In this document: in pieces, positions 61,201 through 64,000 of the stretch
How positions within the stretch are numbered: position 1 is the stretch's first letter
Layout: each line of letters opens with the position of its first letter
Source of the DNA: Pocillopora damicornis
Lineage: Eukaryota
DNA: 64,000 bases
Direction: 5' to 3'
Assembly (NCBI RefSeq): GCF_003704095.1
Contig: NW_020843934.1
Location: 1-64,000, forward strand
The notes under the pieces: generated by a model
Database searches by the model: none
What the model saw: only the letters and a program-made list of their open reading frames with translations
Told to the model about the DNA's origin: nothing
Position numbers and translations under genes: made by a program

Positions 61201-63634
61201 AAGGGCTTAAACCATTTTTATTGGACAGTTATGTGTTATGCCTATGCAATTGGACTACTATTCAAGTGTCATGCTTGTGAAATTTGACCACAAGTGTCAT
61301 GTGCACAAGCTCTCATCTAAACTATTTGGTTCACTATGGCTAGAAAAGCAACTTTTGTGTTCCTTTTTCTGATTATGTTTACTGAAAGGTATTTTTCCTG
61401 AAAATTTTGTCATGGGTAAGAAGAGTTTGAACAACTGGACAGAATATTAATTTATTAAGTTTTTCAGTTTATTTTATTTGTTCAACTTGCACTGCTATTA
61501 TTGTTTGTTAGATTTTCAGGTTCTGGTACTGAATTTAACAAGTACAAACTACTCTGGAAAGTTCACCTTGATGATGTTGAGATCTACAAATGTAAGTGAT
61601 CAGTTAACCACCAAATACATTTGATATTCATAACTTTTCAGACCATGTTTTTTAACATTACTTGTTTGTTTGAACTTTTATGTAGCATCTCCAGAAGCAC
61701 AGAGACGGAATAGTCTGGAGAGGCAACTGGAGAAGCTTGACAATGATATGTCATCGCTTAGTAGAATCAGCTCCATAGCAGACACCCTGACAATTGCACA
61801 CACAGTAAGTGCAGTCATATATTAAGTTTATGAAAATTAGGGAGATTTCCAGTCAAACTATAGCAGACACATCAGAACATTAATGGTCAACACATTTACT
61901 TTGTAACTGATTTAGACACAGTAACCTTCACTCTCAAGATCTGATTGTTGATTCTTCCCACTAGCTGCTATAAATTTCCCTTTAAATTGGTTACAAAAAT
62001 TTGATATTGAATCAAGATGAGTTTGAGTAGTCTTGTTAATTGTTATATGGATAATGTGTGGATATTATAGGGAAAAGTTACATGTTACTCACTTCTGAGA
62101 GTTAAAGGGCCAAACAATGTAGACCTTAGTCGGAAAGGTTTACATGTTAGTTGTACTAATTATTTATTTTTCTTTTGTGCCTCATAGGTTTTGGATGGGG
62201 CTATTAGAGAACTCATGAATGAAGTAAACCGGCAGATTTCAGAGAAGCAAATTCCATTACAACCTCCAACTTCTACCAAGCTGGAGTTACATGTCACACG
62301 AGCAGAGTCAGTGAAAAGTTAACTTTCTTTATGTAACTGTGTGAATGATAAAAACTTTGTAAATAATTTAATGTATGACGTTTCTACACCTAGGAAAAAA
62401 ATTGGCAGTATACTTTGGTCTACAAGAACCTTTTATATTTTTACAACTTACAAAATTTTGTGAAGTTTATTGACCTTGTGGATAGCTCAGTACTTCTTGG
62501 AGTTGTGTTATCAAATGCTGTACTTTAGCTTGGTCAGTTGCTTAAATTTGTTTGAGTCTTCCTCTTCAATTTTTTTTTTATATTTGATTTCATTTTTCTC
62601 CTGTTTAGGGTTTTAAATAATTTCTTCTAGATGTTTTAATGTGTAATTCTAAGTTGCTTTAACATTTTAGTACTCAAGACAATTCTTTCTTTTGTTTAGG
62701 GACGATGGACCTGAGGAGAAAGATTTTCAGTTCTTGTTCTTGGAAACAGAGATAAAGAATTCTTGGGAAGCATACTTTGAGGATGCAAAACAGAAACTTG
62801 GTAAGACCCTCTAAAAGGAAGGAATTTTCAATGGGAACACTCTGACTAATTCTTTTGGATATTTTTTTTTCAGCATATGCCAAAGACACATTTCCCCCAG
62901 AGTTTCAGTATTGTATTCCCATCAATAAAACAAGGAGTGGGATGCAGGTCAGAGTCAACACATTTCTTTGAAGATTTTTGTTTTCAAAATCTTTGTAACT
63001 CCCATCCTATGAGGGATAGTTGATTGTTGTTTTTATTTTTTTACCTCTTTTTGTTGTTTTTACAATTTTGTAAGAGTTGTACAGAAGGTTATTGGTTTAA
63101 ATCCAGTTTGGAGAGCTGGATTCTTTCTTTTGTCTCACTAGGCAGTTGTAAGTTGGTGGTCAGGAGTTGAGCTTGTTTGCTGCCAGCTGCAAGTCCTCTG
63201 CCCTACAACTTGATGCATTTTATTCAGTAGTATCATTTCAATGTCTTGACTGCATTTTGTGGGGAGTGGTCAATTAAAATTATGATTATCCTAATTAACC
63301 AGTTTCCACAAAACAGACAGATCACATCAAACTGACAAGTACCTCATCACTTGCCAATGATGTTGATTATAATGATTTGTGCTCAGGTTGTTAGAGACTG
63401 TCACTTGAGCTGACAACAGTGATTTTCAACACTGAACTCATGTCAACAGTCACGCCACACGAGAGACTGAGATTTTTTTACAATTATTTGTTTTAGTTCA
63501 CTTGTTCATCACCAAGCCAGGTACCTCACATGCTGGACAGAGGAAATCACAACGGCTCTGGAGATGTGTGGGTTTGTAACAGTGATGGTTATGTTGGACA
63601 AGTCTGTATACTCAGAATGGGTACGCAGATTCAG
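49201..63634 (+). CDS. ARHGEF17: Rho guanine nucleotide exchange factor 17 (TEM4), 3' incomplete; gene continues past the window
   Basis: Exons: 49201-51682, 52082-53328, 55808-55885, 58338-58520, 59228-59344, 59436-59528, 59763-59939, 60645-60695, 60797-60906, 61512-61591, 61686-61804, 62188-62306, 62700-62800, 62874-62947, 63497-63634. A 1243-aa Ser-rich disordered N-terminus precedes the DH domain ([61 protein letters not shown]), the PH region ([28 protein letters not shown]) and the propeller start ([30 protein letters not shown]), matching ARHGEF17 as recalled. 5' UTR acceptor at 48902. Confidence 0.93.
56116..56323. mobile_element. TTAA-family MITE
   Basis: TTAACCCTTAAACTCCTAG ... CCTAGGAGTTAAAGGG; colinear with the 36040 copy. 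Confidence 0.8.
58780..58985 (+). mobile_element. Decayed tRNA-derived SINE with V-domain-like segment
   Basis: GGGAACAAGGATAGTGCAGT..GAACACTTGCCTCCC head; GGGAGGTTTTCTC..TCTGGTTTTCCTCC resembles the V-SINE domain after CpG decay. Confidence 0.5.
60266..60550 (+). mobile_element. tRNA-derived SINE with CORE-like domain (CpG-decayed)
   Basis: GGTTTGAACTCC B-box remnant, TGTGTTGTGTTCTTG..AGTGCTTCTCTTCACC..ATAAATGGGT, tail CCCATCCA..CATGCTACAGAAACCAGGAT. Confidence 0.6.
60998..61210. mobile_element. TTAA-family MITE
   Basis: TTAACCCTGTAACCCTTAAGAGTGAC ... TTAGGGTGTTAAGGGCTTAA; reverse orientation of the 7720 copy. Confidence 0.8.
61921..62110. mobile_element. Decayed TTAA-family MITE
   Basis: GTAACCTTCACTCTCAAGATCTG ... 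CTTCTGAGAGTTAAAGGG. Confidence 0.65.
63310..63465 (+). mobile_element. Possible decayed Penelope-associated short repeat
   Basis: GCTCAGGTTGTT..GTCAC..ACAACAGT..TTTTCA resembles a dispersed repeat recalled from cnidarian genomes; heavily degenerate. Confidence 0.3.
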
Positions 63635-64000
63635 GTGGGTCCTTAACCTAACTTCAGTACTCTAATTAAAACATGTATTTCTTTGGTATAAAACAAATAT
63701 TGTAGCTAATTTTTTTGTGGGATTGTTTTTGACTGTGAGGTAAAATTGAAGGGAACAAACTATGAGTTTGAAAACTGTTAGTAAAAGTAGTAAACTTGAA
63801 GTTTGCGTTATTTTAACAAGCTACATTATTGTTAATTAGTGACTCAGACACTATTCATAATGTAAGGGCTTTTTTTAGGCGGGCTTTTGAATGAGCCGCC
63901 TCACAACTTCAAACATTTTGATAAAATTTAACAATGTTGCAATTCGCAATCCGGTTCAATCAGCTTAATCCTCAATCATTCGGGCCCATTTCAAATTAAT

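Overview
Eukaryotic (animal) genomic DNA: AT-rich, intron-rich, with one scaffold gap at 1346-1445. The repeat content and gene architecture suggest a cnidarian, probably a scleractinian coral (inference). From left to right: (1) a 22-exon INTS13/Asunder gene (+, 1899-12437, ~712 aa when spliced by hand); (2) a small orphan gene on the - strand (ATG 13183) running tail-to-tail into the INTS13 3' end; (3) two tandem C7orf57/DUF5524-like genes with intronless CDS (16742-17362, divergent with a triplicated motif; 19464-20246, canonical); (4) an intronless PH-domain-only gene (24589-25050) with a TATA/CRE promoter and an LxxIxE motif; (5) a ~24 kb region with no recognisable protein-coding gene, containing MITEs, SINEs, promoter-like modules and orphan splice sites; (6) the 5' part of an ARHGEF17/TEM4 RhoGEF gene (+, from 49201, running off the window). 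Many short TTAA-flanked MITEs, tRNA-derived SINEs and one RTE LINE remnant are present. The most interesting candidate system is a compact putative RFX (X-box)-regulated ciliary/sperm gene cluster at ~12.5-20.3 kb (orphan antisense gene plus two C7orf57 paralogs, next to INTS13). All homology calls come from recalled protein motifs, not from a database search.
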